Below are positions 1-13,500 of a DNA stretch of 64,000 nt, piece by piece. The stretch's first letter is position 1. Every line of letters starts with the position of its first letter. The notes beneath the pieces were generated by a model. That model did no database searches. It worked only from the letters and a program-made list of their open reading frames with translations, and was not told the DNA's origin. The stretch is taken from the NCBI GenBank assembly GCA_001244265.2, contig CDLV01000012.1, positions 186,001 to 250,000 on the forward strand. Direction: 5' to 3'. This stretch comes from Microbotryum violaceum. Its lineage: Eukaryota. A program made the translations under genes and the position numbers.

Positions 1-1313
1 CGCGGTGAGCACGAGCAGCCATCGTCTCTCCCACACAGGGGCTCTTCAGCCCGCTCCGCAACCGATGACTTGATTGTTCAGGCTAATCAGAGGTCGCAAT
101 CGACAGCATCCACAGCGGATTAGCGCGGGAGTGCACATGATTCGAGATCTTGGATTCGAGGTGAGCCCGGGATATTTTCGAATTGGTAACACGGAGGCAG
201 CTGGGCTGACGTCACCAAAATGGCACCCTTCCAATTTGATCCCCCTAGCCCCCCTAGGTACTTGCTCAGGTAATTGAGTCAGGTACCAGAAGGCCTACAG
301 GACTGCTACATTGGGTTCAAGATTCAGCCTTTTCGATTTTCATTCCTGATTCTAATTTGAATAAGGCTTTTTGAATAGTGCTTTTAGTAGGGGGTACTCC
401 CTGCCAAGATAGATCCTGTAAGGCTTTCTGATGTTTTCACTGTACGCTCTCAAAGGGAAGTGGTGCTATAAATGTAGTATATGATAACGCGAGAATGAAA
501 CCGCAAGCAAAGCCTGGTACCTGCACTCCTAAAGGTCTGCACGGGATTCCTAGGTCGTCACGCGCCTGGTTTACAGACGGGGGACCCTCCCGCCTGAGAC
601 CCTACTCCCTCAAGGTCCTGGATATCCCGCATTCCGCCTGCGTTCGAGCAAACTCGCGGGAAAATCCCGCGGAAAGGGCTTGCGCGTGTAGAACTCGGCA
701 GTTCTAGCTACTCAGATCTACTCAGAGGCTACTTATAGGGCTGTTCTGTAAGGCATCCCCTTACATCGAAGATGTGATCCCCAGGTGGCCTGGTTTCCAA
801 GTCTCTGGCACTCTGGATACCTAAATCTGAGAACAGTATGATATGGGGTTGTAATCAGTGGGACCAACTTTTCTGGTAGTGGACGGCGGCAGCACCGGCC
901 GTTCGGGAGTTCGCCTTGTTGCCGAGCTGAGAGCTCGGACACTGGCACTGATCCGCCACTATGAACAAGATAGTCCCAATTTGAGTTGAGTAGACGAAGA
1001 AGTGAAGCTGGCAAATCTGTTTGATTCGCATGCATTATCGTGAGATTAGCCATCGGAGAAGCATCTGCAGCCGGCGGTGTCCGTCGATTAGTGGCGTGAC
1101 TGGCCCCAATGGGTCCGTGCGCGTGTCTGGGGCTGGGAGGAAGCACACTCGCACCCCTCATGGCCTCAGATCTCAGAGCTCAGAGACGCTCGGCATCCTT
1201 CCTAAACCCCCCACCCAGCTTCCGTCGGACCTATTCAGACCCAGACAATCTACCCACCCCGCCTTCTTTCCTCCCGACACCCTTCTCTTCCAGAACAAGG
1301 AACACACTAGCGC

Positions 1314-3194
1314 ATGTACGCGGCTCCCCAACCAAGTGCCACTCCTGGAGTCAAGCAAGAAAAGCCCAATCTCGTCGGTCAGTCTCTTCAGAGCTCTCCG
1401 CACCTCATCTTCGGAGTGCATGATCCTACCCCATCTAGTCCACTGTGCTAATATCGTTCATGCCGATCTATAGGCGTCCGCAACAAGCAAAGGTTCGTGT
1501 TGATGTCGCCACCGCTGTCGCTCGAGGCACGCCTGATGACGCGACAAAGGCAGCGTCGACGACCGTTTTCGTGCCCATAAGCGTGGCACCAGAGAGCATA
1601 CACTGACTCGCCCTGTTGTCCTTCCTCGGCTACCCATAGGAAAGGCGTTCAAAAGGCCCAGGCCAAGTTTGAACCTCTTGCGTTCCGTGATCAACTCATC
1701 AAGCATCTCGAATCCGTCCCAGAGCGCGACTTTGACGCCGTAGCCTCCAAACTCGATGTTCTAGGCAACCAGGTCAGTACTGCGTGGTCTCTTTACAGCA
1801 TCTCCATTGATATATGCTGATCAGTCTCCACTCCATTCCCCTGTCGCTTGCCGGCCCGCCGCGGTCCCTTCCTCGCTGCCTCGACGCCCTGACTCGACAC
1901 ACGACTTGCGCCGCCACCCGACGCCACCCTATCATTTTCCCCGCACCAGCTCGACTACCGCAAGTATGAGCAACAGCTTTTCGAACTGCTGCTCGTCGGT
2001 GGGCTTCTCACACCTGGAGGTGGATTCCTCGATGATGGAGCGGCCAAGTCGACCTTCTCGGTGACGGGCTCGGCCAAGGAACCCGTCGAGGTCAGCGACG
2101 TAAAGTCGATCGTCGACGTCTTCAACAAGTTGACGCGCAGGTACAAGTATCTCCAAAAGGGCTTTGAGGAGACCGCGCTACCGAGCATCCTGCAATACTC
2201 GAACAAGTTCTCGCAGATCGACCAGGAGAAGCTCGCTGTCGCGACCGCCCTCTTTGTCGCCGTCGGCCTCGTGTCCGCGAGCGTCGTCCTCAGTCTCAAG
2301 AAAGACCATTTGGTTAAGGATGGTTAGTTCATTAGGTGCACACGAAGTTGGTCCCCGCATGCCGCTCATACACTGACGCGTCCCCCTCACAGGCACGTCG
2401 GTGCGAATGCTCACGAGCTTCCTCAAGGCCTTCCTCGCGACCGAGTCGATCGAGCAGCTCTCGCTCGCCCTTCGCAAGGGTGGTGTCACCGACCTCGAGG
2501 CCTTCTTCCCGCCTTCCAAGCAAAATGCGACCGAGCTCTCAGCCCACTTCAAGGGTGCCGGACTGTCGGGTGTCGTCGACTTTTACATCAAGCAAAAGGC
2601 CGGCAAGGCCAAGGAGGACACTCTGGCCAGGCTCAGAGAGTACGTCTCCGACGAAGCCGACTATGACGAGGTGAGTTGGTAGTGGCATTCTAAGTCGTTC
2701 TACTGTGGTGGTATGCTGATCGAAGTGCCCATGAACGCGTGCCCACGAACGCCTACTAGATCATGGGTTACCTGGAAGCCGTTCACAAACGCGGCATCCT
2801 GTCTGAGCCCGAGTTCATCTCGATCGCTTGGGCCGGTCTCACGAGTGGGATCGACATGGGCGCTAAGCCCGAGCTGTTGCCCGACCTCGCTGTCAAGGAG
2901 ATCAAGTCGTTCGCTCCCTTGCTCGAGCCCTTCACCAACAAGCCTGCGACCGAGGTCGCACTGATCAACACGATCCAGATTTGGTGCTACGAGAACACCA
3001 AGCTGATGCCCGCGTTCGCCAAGATCCTCAAGGTACTCTACTCGCTCGACGTTTTGTCGGACCAAGCTATCATCTACTGGCACAGCAAGGGGTCCAAGAC
3101 GCAGGCGAGGCAACACTTCCTCGATGCGGCGGGGCCATTGGTCAACTTCCTCAAGGAGCAGGAGGAGGAGGAAGACGAGAGTGATGACGAGTGA
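1314..3194 (+). CDS. BZW1: eIF5-mimic protein (BZW/5MP family, C-terminal W2 domain), multi-exon
   Basis: Spliced reading MYAAPQPSATPGVKQEKPNLVG|VRNKQR|KGVQKAQAKFEP...LDYRKYEQQLFELLLVGGLL...RRYKYLQK. The W2 C-terminus reads LYSLDVLSDQAIIYWH...FLKEQEEEEDESDDE. Includes a 19-nt exon at 1474-1492. Confidence 0.9.
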
Positions 3195-3616
3195 TCGACG
3201 CGTGTTTTGTCCATGGTACTGGGATCGGACGAGATCTAATCGATTTCATGCTTCTCTCTCTTTAGAATCAGTTGGCGAGCCGTGTCTTGTGTTTTGTCCT
3301 TTTCACACCCAAACCCCTTATGTGCTCCGCCAATGCAATGCATCTGCGCATTCGTGATTCAGACCGCGACCGTGTTTTTCATGGCGAATTGGGGTGGGCA
3401 TTCTTCATTATTGACCATTTTCGTCGACCCATTGCCCTCCCTGCCAGCCGTCCCGTCTCTACCGTACTAGACCGTACTTTACCGTCGCGTGGATAGGCGG
3501 AGTCCAGCGCAGCTTAGCCCCACTTTCCGGTTCGCTTTCGCCCATCTTTCTGTCGCCCGTCCGCTCCATCACCGGGACTCGAGGGTACGGGGCCGGGACG
3601 GCTTGGCCTGAACAAC

Positions 3617-6083
3617 ATGGACTACTTTGCCGAATCTCCCTTGTCGTACGACTCGCCGCCACGCGCGTGGCGTACAGGCAAGTCGTCGCTCTCAGGTTCG
3701 TCCGCGAAACCGATCGTCTCCCCCTCGTCATCGACTGCATCCCAGCGACTCCCTTTGGCGCGTCGTCATCGCCACAGCGCATGTGTAGATAAGGCTTTGG
3801 TGTTGTGTCGGGAGATGGCTGCAGAGGCGACGACATCGGCTATTGCTGGCGAGGATCAGGTACGTCCACGAGCAAGCTCATTCAGGAGGTGTTGCTCGAG
3901 CATCACCCGCGTCAGCTGAGACCTACAACTGGCCATACATCTCAGGGTATTATCCAAAACCTCGAATCAGCAGGATGGGCCTACCACACCACCACGGAAG
4001 GTGTGCGCATCTTTTCAAAGCAATCGACCGAGTCGAGCTCGCTCAATGGCGTCAGGGAGAACGAGTCGCTGCCGTACTTTCGGGGAGAGGGGTGGATAGA
4101 GGGGTCCTGGCAACTCGAAGATCTCTACGCGACCATCGTATCAGTTGGTGCCAGATCTATCTGTGCGTAGACGCGTCGATTGGGGATGGAGCAAGCTTTG
4201 CGCTCTCGAGGCATAGCTCTCCTGGTAGCCCCGGATTAGTGGTCAAGGATTTTGACCGGTGCTGGTCACCATGTTTCCGTTTTGCAGGGGATTCGAAGCT
4301 AGACGCAAACGAGTCATATGTTGCTGCATACTTGTCCGAGACGGATCAACTATGGAAGAGTTTCGTCAGGGCCGAGCTCGGCGTCAATCGGGAGGCGGCG
4401 CTGGTGTCCTCGTATGCCCTCGATCCTCTTTCGCCCAACACTGCCTACATCATCTCAACCTCCGTTGAAGACCCGCTGTTGATCCAGAAATGTGGTCGAG
4501 GGCATGTGCATCTCAATGGCGTCTGCATCCGCCGACTACCGCGGCAACCTCACTTTGAGCAACCCCCCGGGAAGGACGAAGCCCCGCCAAACTCACTCTC
4601 TACTCGTCCCGGTCATCGAAGAACCAAGAGCTCTGCCATCCTCCCGGGGGGTGGTGGCGTCTTACTAAGTCCAGGTCTGGCGGGACCGAGTTCGATGCCT
4701 CTGGCGACCTCGGATGGGTTGCAGCCACGGATGCCCTTCATTGGATCTTCCCTCGCTCCACCTCCATCCCTGCCTGCCCTGCTCCATCAGTCGACCTCGC
4801 TCGGGTCCTTGTCGAACAACACCGATTCGGAAAACAGAACACTTCCGCCCATTCGTACCGACTCTTCGCCGCCACCGGCGGAAGGCTCTCCGGTCACGGG
4901 TCGGTCGTACGATGGCCTCCTGTCCAAATTCGCTAGCCCCAATGGCCTTGGCCCACCCTCGGCAGTGATTCCGAACGATGATCGGCCCGGGGTACATATC
5001 TCCCTCATCTTACACGCAGCTCCGGGACTCAATCTTCCTCAGACCACCGTGAACCAGCTCTCCTTGCACTTGCCTCTTTCAATTCACGCGATCGGTCGCT
5101 ACGTCTTGGCGCACGGGTTCGCACCTCATCTGATTCGGACACCCGGCATCAAAGTGATGGAAGAGGCGTTTGATTTTCCTTCGACGACCTATCGCGCTAT
5201 CTTTTGTCGAACCAATAAGATCCCTGCCTGTTCGAATACAGGGCCCGCGATGGACCAGACGACCCGTGTCCGCTTCTTTGGTTCGACATTCGCCAAGGGT
5301 CGGTTCGATATCGAGGTCTCGTCATCTTCGTCCGATTATGACCCGACCTGGTCAATCAGCTACGATGTCAGTCCGATCATCGCACCGGAGATCCGTTACT
5401 TCAGCGCGGATGAGGATGCCCATGTACGACCTCGCGTGGTGGGACCTCGCAAGAGCTCACTTTCGATTCTCGGTTCACCTACTTTACCCACTGCGACTGG
5501 GACGACGAGGTCTGCTCAGACGACAAGCCCGACTTTGCAAGATGAAGAAGGTGGGAATAAAGAAGAGGAGAAAGTTGGTGCACAGGATTGGGTCGATCCG
5601 GCGCTGCTTCCCGGTCCCTTGGGTGCTTGTACGCTGCTCCTACCTCCTCCACCGCCTTATGTCCCCATCACGATCAGCATCACCAAAAATCTTTCCCTCG
5701 TTTCCAAACCCATCGGAACTATCTTGTCAACGGCGTTGGGTCAAGCGGCGAAAAGTGATGCTGATTTGGGGTGGGATTCGGTCGAACATATGCTGGCTGC
5801 GACTGTGGTGGGCAGTGAGGCTTGGGCGGAGAGGAATTTGACCAAAGCCAAGAAGGTGTTGGATGTTGTCAAGGTGGGGAAGGAGGAGGAGCATCAACTG
5901 AATGGGAGAATGGGATCGGAGAGGATTGATGAGCTGGAGGGAGAAGGGAGTGGGGGAGGAGGAAGGGTCTCGCCACTTAGTCGTCGGTCGTCGAGGGTTG
6001 TCGCGGGGAGGAAGGGGAGCTTTTCCGAGAAGGGCAAGTTGGGGTTGGGGCTCGACTTTGCTCGGGGAGCCGTTGTGAACTAG
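3617..6083 (+). CDS. START/Bet v1-like domain protein with Ser/Pro-rich region
   Basis: Spliced exons give GWAYHTTTEGVRIFSK...LPYFRGEGWIEG...ARSI|WDSKL...YIISTSVEDP, a START-like pattern, followed by a long open exon to TAG 6083. Confidence 0.6.
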
Positions 6084-6892
6084 GTATTTATAGAGGATGC
6101 ATGGAGGATTGTAGGACTTGTGTGTTTGCGGTATTCTTATGCAAATTGGGGCGTGGGGCCAAATCACTTCTGGACGGACTGATTCTGATCAGTTATCGCC
6201 AATTCCATACTGCCTGGAGACTGTAAGATTCTCAATATGGTAAGTTAATGCTGATCACTTTGGAACAGACGAAAAGAAAAGAAAATGGATGAGAAAACCG
6301 CGGTGGAAACTAAAGTGACCGAGTACCAACTGCGAACCCTTTCAAGTTGCCACGTCACATCATCGCTCGGAGGACGACTCCGACACTCGAGCAAACTGCC
6401 CGGGCGTCAGCGTTCGGGCAACTCGGGCAGTGCTGCGCTGCACGGTCTGCGAGACCGAGAATTGACAAGCCGCAACGATTACGCGTCCGGTACGGCACGG
6501 TTTAAAGCAGTGCCGAGGGCGTTTTAGTGGTGCAGCCGACTTGGATTCACTGATGAGTATCCCGGAATGACTTGGGACAAGACGTACGAGGGGTGTAGGG
6601 CTGTTACAACGCCGCCGAATGTCGACGATAAGCTCGGGGGGGTCTGCGTCGGCGTGCCGACTGGTGTGAATTGGTCAGCACGCGCGGTGAGGTAAATCGG
6701 CCAACGGCGCGTAGAGGCGTGTGCGTCAGGGGCGGGCGAGCCTTGGCCACTGGGCGGTTCGTTCCTCTGGCTTCGACCACACCGAGTCGACTCTTGTTTC
6801 AACCAACCAAGCTCCCACTCGAACCCAACACGACTTCTCCAACTCTCAACAAGCTCTCCTCTACGTCGTCGATTGACGATCCAGTGTTGATC

Positions 6893-9800
6893 ATGGACCA
6901 GTTCCTGGACCTGGACGCGATCAACGCTGCCATGGGCGTCGGCGCGATTTCGATCGTCGGCAGCAACGGCGGCAGTGGTGCTGGTGGTGCTGGTGGTGCT
7001 GGTGGTGCTGGTGGTGCGACCTCGACGAGTCATCTCGTCGGCGCGTTCGATGACCAGTTCAACGACATGTTCCAACAGTGAGTCGTCATCTCTGCAACAT
7101 CTCTATGGTTTCATGGGACATGAAAGCTTGCATTACTCTTCGACTCGGTGTCTCCTACTGGGTGGCTCGGTGCATGGGCTCGCTCGCGGCCGACGTTTCC
7201 CTTTCTGCGGCGATCGGGCACGCTCCTCGTTCGCTTCTAGCGAGGGCCGCGCAGGCGTATTATGTCGCCACTTGGGTACATTGGCACCGACTGGCTGCGA
7301 TACATTGAGCTTGACCACCGCACTGCACCTTGACCACGTGCTGCGATGGCCAGCTCCTCTGTGATGGCCGAGCCTCGATCGATGTTCGGTCGCGTTCGGT
7401 TATCGATACGCCACCACTCGCTTCACGCCATATCGCGCGATAATGGAGCACCGCGCTTTCTGGAAGACGGACGTTGCCGCGCACAGGGCTGCAACTGGCG
7501 TAGGCCCGTGTGTCGTGGTTAGCCGTTGTCTCTTCTCTGAGACATTGGGTTTGTTCTATGTGTCTGGCTAGAATGCCATGTCTTGCACGTCGCCACGGTT
7601 CTAGACTGGGATTGCGGGATCATAGACTTGGCCCGATCGCCGAGTTTTCGTCGACGTGTCACCCCATAGCCGAGTTTTCGTCGACGTGTCACCCCATAGC
7701 CGAGAACATCCTGCCTCTGAAACGTCATAACTGACATTACTTACCGCTCGTAGATATTTGGCACCCGAGCTGACCAAATCAGCCCCCATGGCCGCAACCC
7801 CGATCGCCTCCACCTCCGAGCTACCCTTCGCCGCAGCTTCGGCTGACGCAATGTCCTTCTCGAACGATACCCTCGACCCAAGGACGTACCTCCCCACCTT
7901 GCCTGGATCACCCATCGGTGCCTTCTCGCCCTCGTCGGACAATTCGGGTGCTCGAATCAATAGTCTCAGCCCCTTGAGCTTCCCCGACCTCGATGGCCCC
8001 GGCGACACGAGCGCATGGACGCTCGACCCTGCCATATTCGGCGGCGACCCCGTACCCGACATGATGACGTCCCAAGAAGCCCCTGCTTCGCTCTTTGGCG
8101 ATCTCCCCGCCCTCCCCGACCTTCAAGTCGAAGCGAGCCCGGAGTCCATCAAGGCCGAGTCCATCAAGGTCGAGTCCGTCACCGCTTCGTCGATCACCAT
8201 CACTCCGCACCCTTCATCGACCCGTGCTTCTCGCGCGAGCGCCCAGCAGGCCAAGCGTCAACTCTCGGAGGCGCTCAGAAATGAAGAGGAAGAAGAACAA
8301 GAACAAGAAGACGATGAAGAGGACGAGGACGATGCCGAGGATGATGACGAGGACATGGATTCGGACCACTACTTGGCACCACGCAGCACCCGAGCGACCA
8401 AGAAGGCGCGCACCATCTCGTCCAACAGCAAGGCCCGTTCCGGCTCGAAAGCTCCTCGATCGGTCGCCGTCTTTGCCACCAAGGAGCTCCACCACACCAA
8501 CACGCGCAGCAACTTGCCGCCCGTGCCCGAGTGGACCGACAAGCCCGATCCCGACACGTACAAGAAGCTGTCGTCCAAGGAGAAGCGCCAGCTGCGCAAT
8601 AAGATCTCGGCGCGCAACTTCCGCCATCGCAGAAAGGAGCAGCTCACCACGCTCGAAGACGAGATTTCGTCGCGTGACAACATCATCTCGCAACTTCAGG
8701 AAGAGGTCGGTACCATGCGCACGGAGAACTCGACTCTGCGCAGCGAAGTGTCGATGCTCAAGGCCAAGTGGGACGAGATGATGGAGAAGATGACGGCGTT
8801 CCAAGCCCCTCAATCGGCTACGGCGGTGTCGACTGCTACGACTGGTCTGGGCGTACGACCACGTTTGGTCATTGCTTCTTCCACGGCGGCGTCGTCGCCC
8901 TCGGACAAGACCACCGACGACGACCTCTGGGCTCTCGACAGCCCTCAAAGCGCACCTTCCCCGCTCCCCACCGTGGCTTCTGGTTCCCGTCGTGGCACCC
9001 GGGCTTCGAACGGCATTACCAAGCCAAATATGTCCAAGGATGTGGCCCCCAACATGGGCGGTCGTCGCTCGACCGGCAGCTGGGCGACGCAGGGCTTCAG
9101 TGGTGGCTTCACCTCTGTCCACACCACTCTCCTCCCCGATCCCGCCGCCTTGCTCAACGCCAAGTCGTCGCTTGCCAACTACCCGCAACAAAACTTCAAC
9201 CCTGCTCTTAACAACATCTCGGCCTCGTCGTTGGCTCAGTGTACGCAGCACCTCCGCGAGGGATCGCTGGCTTCGGGCCAGCAGCAGGCTCCGGCCCCCA
9301 GGAGCACATTTGAGGACTTTTTCGCGTCCAACCCATACTGGCTCCGACCCGGTCAAGTCGAGGAGTACCGTGGTCAACTCTACGGCAAGATCGCCAATAA
9401 CACTGCCGGTCTTATCGCCGCCCAAAAGCTCGGGTCGTCGCAACTAACATCAGGCTCACACCTCTCCATGCCGAACGGCTTCCGACCTGCCTTCTTCACC
9501 TCCTCCCCTTCTTCGGCTCGTTTCGCCGCCCCTTCGATGAACGGCGGCAAAGAGCCACGCGACGTCGGCCCGTCTTCGGATCTGCTCGAATTCCAATCGC
9601 CTCGTGCCGCTTTGGCTCAACAACAAGCCACGGCCCTTGTCGCGACGTTGGCGACGCAGACCTTGTTCTCCAAGATGACCTCGGCTTTCGTTGACGCCTT
9701 CACCGGTTCCGATGGTGGCAAGACCATGGACGCCAACAAGGTCGCCGACGTCCTCGCCGGTCGGTCCAAGGTCCAACTCGTGCCTCAGCAATCGCAACAG

Positions 9801-9935
9801 GCCGCCGTATCGACCCCTAGCATCGAGTCCTTGGGTTTGTCGTTGAGTTCGCTCGATCTGTCGAATGACGCGAGGTCACCTTCACCTCGACCGCATTGCT
9901 CGTTCAACAGCATGACCAAGAAGTGGTGCAGCTAG
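6893..9935 (+). CDS. bZIP transcription factor; exon 1 6893-7077, intron 7078-7753
   Basis: Basic region KLSSKEKRQLRNKISARNFRHRRKEQLTTLE plus leucine heptads. The GTGAGT...CTGAC...TAG intron joins the exons in frame. Confidence 0.9.
7639..7704. repeat. Perfect 30-bp tandem duplication in the bZIP intron
   Basis: GCCGAGTTTTCGTCGACGTGTCACCCCATA x2 followed by GCCGAG. Confidence 0.95.
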
Positions 9936-10577
9936 ACTTTTGCAACGCTCTTCGTCTCCGTTTTCGAATTTCTGCCATTATTGTTCATACTACCGTGTCT
10001 GTTCAGTCCATGAGTCTTCGTTTTACGTCGGTGCGGTTTCACTGTTGTCTCCTTTTCGTACAAATACATCTCAACTCGAATTTGCTAACACATCAAACGG
10101 GAGCGGGAGAGATGCGAGGACTTGAGAAACCAAGCTCTCCGTGAGAAGCTCTTGCCTCCACTTCCGGGAGCTGCATTGATCTTGGAAACACACGAACTCG
10201 GGAAATAAAGATTGCATCTGTACACCTTACTGGCAAAGCGTCCAGCCCTTACAACCGAAACAACACTGACTGAGACAAGCACAGGCTGCACACTGCCAGC
10301 GGGGTTTCGATAGCAGACCCCGGAAAGTTGAAGACGGTATGTGCAACCATCCCGTATCATCTGCCACGGATCTAGCAGAACATTTGGTTCGAACCGTTGT
10401 TAAGTGTTCTGCAGAACCGTCCATTGCCGACAAGGCTCCAATGTCGAAACGAGATCACCAAAGTGATGACGACTGGGCCGATTGAGCAACGCCGCTCGAA
10501 CTGCGCGAACGAAGTGAACGTTTTGCGACGACGAAAGACAAGTAAAGGGTTGAAAAAATGGTGGTACATGTTCCCAA

Positions 10578-13500
10578 TCATCCATGTTCCAACATGAGCG
10601 CCATGCCATCCTCGTCCGCGGCGTCCAAACCCCTCGCCTTGGCCTTCAAGCGCAAGTTGCGATCGAATGTGACCAACACGACTTGGCTGACGTCATTCGG
10701 TATAGGTGCTCGAGCCTTCTCCGGATTGAGTAACGCAATGCGGTTCGAGAAATGTTCTTTTTGCCATGAGACGGCACGAAGGATGACGTCGTCCATGGAG
10801 CGGGCTGAATCGTGTGAAAAACCCGGGCCGTCGGGTCGGTCTTGGCTTGCAAAATTGATCGATTCGGCACGGATCGTTAGGTCCGAGAGGTAGTTGCCGC
10901 GCGAGGTTAGGACTTTGAGGAAGCGCCCGTGGGTGCGGATCGTCGCTTCGAGGTAGCTGATCGCTTCGCTCGCGGCGACGCCCAAGGGGGACTCGTTGCG
11001 GCGCAGACCGTCTAGTTCGGTGATGACTGTGGCATGGGCATGAGAGTGAGCACTAATGGCATTTGAGAGGGTAAAGAAGATGGGAAGCAACTCACCAGCA
11101 AGAGGTACAATGATTGTCCACACTTCGGCTTCGACAAGGTCGCGGAAGAGCTTCATCGACGACAATAAGATGTTGGTATCGAACACAAGGACCGTATATC
11201 CAGGCAGGACCTTGAGCAGAGTACGCATCGAGTCATTCGACTTGGCCTTGCGCTTCTTGTTCGCACCACCCAGACGACGGATCGAGGTCGGGGCTGGACC
11301 ACGCGTCGCAAGTCGAGCTTGGCGAATGACAGCTTTGAGGTGTCGTCGACGAGCCTTAAGTTCGCGCACGGTCGGAGAATCGTTCTCGTCGTCTTCAACC
11401 TCTTCGTCATCGGACGAATCGCCGTCCATGTCGTCATCATCCTCGGTTTCTCCTGCACGTTGCTTCGCGTCTAGGCGAGATTGTCGTTCGGCCTCTTCGG
11501 CTTCCTTCTCCTCCTTCGCCCATCGTCGCAGCTTGGAGTCCAAAGCACCAGCAACAATGAAGCGTGGCGCGCCGACAGCGGCGGCGTAAGCATCCACGTC
11601 GAGACCGGCGACGTTGCGCGCGAGCCATCCAGCGACGGTAGCAATACGACGCCAGCGCATTGATGTGAGATGCGCACTGGCAGTTGCAGGTGGTCCGTCA
11701 CGCTCGACGTCTTCGTCGACGAACTGGTCCATGGCGGAGAGGTCAAAGGACAAAGCCTCCATTTCACTCTCAACCGTCGCACCGGTGACATTGCCGACCA
11801 GCCCCTCGATAGGCGGAGGAGGTGCAAACTCGTCGCGCCTTCCTCCAGCGATGACGGTCCTGGCTTTCCAGAAGCCACGCGAGAAGAGGTGCTTGCCGGT
11901 CCAGTCTTGGCCTCGAATGCACCAGTCTTCAGGTAAAGGACCACCCGTGAGCTTGATCGGGACATCGGGGCGCACATCGTACGTCGATGGAATGTGGTTG
12001 AAAAACTCAACGAGCTTGGTCCATGGGACAGCTCTTTCGAGGTGGCGCAACGCAACGGGGAATTGCGATACGTGACCCAGGAACGTGAGTATGAGGATGA
12101 TGTAAGAGTTGACGACCGCTGCGTCACCGACCAAGCGGGTAGGATGGCAGAGGGCGTGTTCGAGCAGCGAGAAAGTGAGGCGTTGCGCCAAGCGGAATAC
12201 GAGCGGAGCATCGTCATCGGCGGCGGCGTGGAGCTGCTTGACGACGTTCGTCGCTTCCTCGGGAGAAAACTGACTGTTCTGGGGGGTCGTCTCGTCCTCT
12301 TCGGGTGGGTCCTTGGCCTCGCTTCGCTTCGTGGACGTTGTATTGATCATGATCGCTTGAGGCATCTTGGCCTTGGCCGCCGCGGCTGCGGCAGTAGCGC
12401 GCGAGTTGCCTGGATGAGGCTGTGCCTCCTTGGACATGGCCTTGTTCAACACCCCATCTTCGGCACCGTACTGCAACAACGCCGAGATATTGATCACACC
12501 AATCATGAACCACTCGACGTCTCCGAACGGAGCCGACGCGTCTGAGCCCAATGCACTCCAATCGCCATCGGCCATGCGGATGACGACACTCTCTTCGCGA
12601 ATCTTTTCGAGCAAGCGTCCAAGCGTTTCATCGAAGTCGTCGAGCGAGATCTTGGTGAAGAGCATGCCGTGAATGTGAACGAAGAGCTCGGCCTTACTCA
12701 CGTCCGACTGAGTTCGTCGGGCTTGATGCTCCTCCTCGAACAGAGGCAGGATTGATTCCCGAGCGCTGACGTAGGGATGAGTCGCCGTTAAACTGAATGA
12801 ACAAAGTCGATCAGAACCCGCATCTCCTTTGAAACACACAGCACGGCAGTAGATCACCACTCACCTCTTGGCGTAATGGTACAAACCCCTCATCTCGTCG
12901 CCTTTGCTCAGCAACGCCAAATGATGATGCAACCGCCCCGTCCCCGGAGCCTCAGCGATACCCTGACCATACCAGTCGCGCGCCATGACGCGCCACGTCT
13001 CTTGTTCCTCCAGATCCCAATCGTTGAGAGCAGGGACACCAATACTCGCCATTTCCATGGGTCGCGCGTCGCTCGAGTCGAGTTTCGGCGAGGCGGGAAG
13101 GGTCAAACTCGTGCCATTCGCATTCGCAGAGGACTGGGCGGCTGCTGCCGAAACTCGGGATGCGAGACCGGCGACGGCCATGCGATATCGCGCCAGGTCA
13201 CCAAGTTGCTCGATCCAGGCCGAACGGAAAGCGCTGACGGTCGGGTCCTCGGACAGTTGCGAATAATGGCCATAGGCGTACTGGATGAACTCGACGAGGT
13301 GTTCCATCACGTTCGCGTCCGTGCTGCTGGATGGCGTATTTGAAGAAGAGGGAGGACTGGCCAACACGGCGTGGCGCATTCGCTCAAGCAGTTGGTGGAA
13401 CGCCGTTTGCCACAGCCGAGTCGGAATGTTGTACTTTTGCGGTAGCGAGTGCAAGGAAGCAGGCAGGTGAGGGTCCAAAGCCATTTGCAAGAACGAATAA

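Noticed and set aside
8214-9443. Long antisense or overlapping ORFs (also 13861-14739, 27881-29074, 39212-39937)
   Set aside because: Shadow frames of GC-rich coding exons with no recognisable protein features.
7758-9935. bZIP gene as Hac1/Hxl1 with an Ire1-spliced intron
   Set aside because: The ORF is open to its end, and I found no paired Ire1 hairpins or frame switch.
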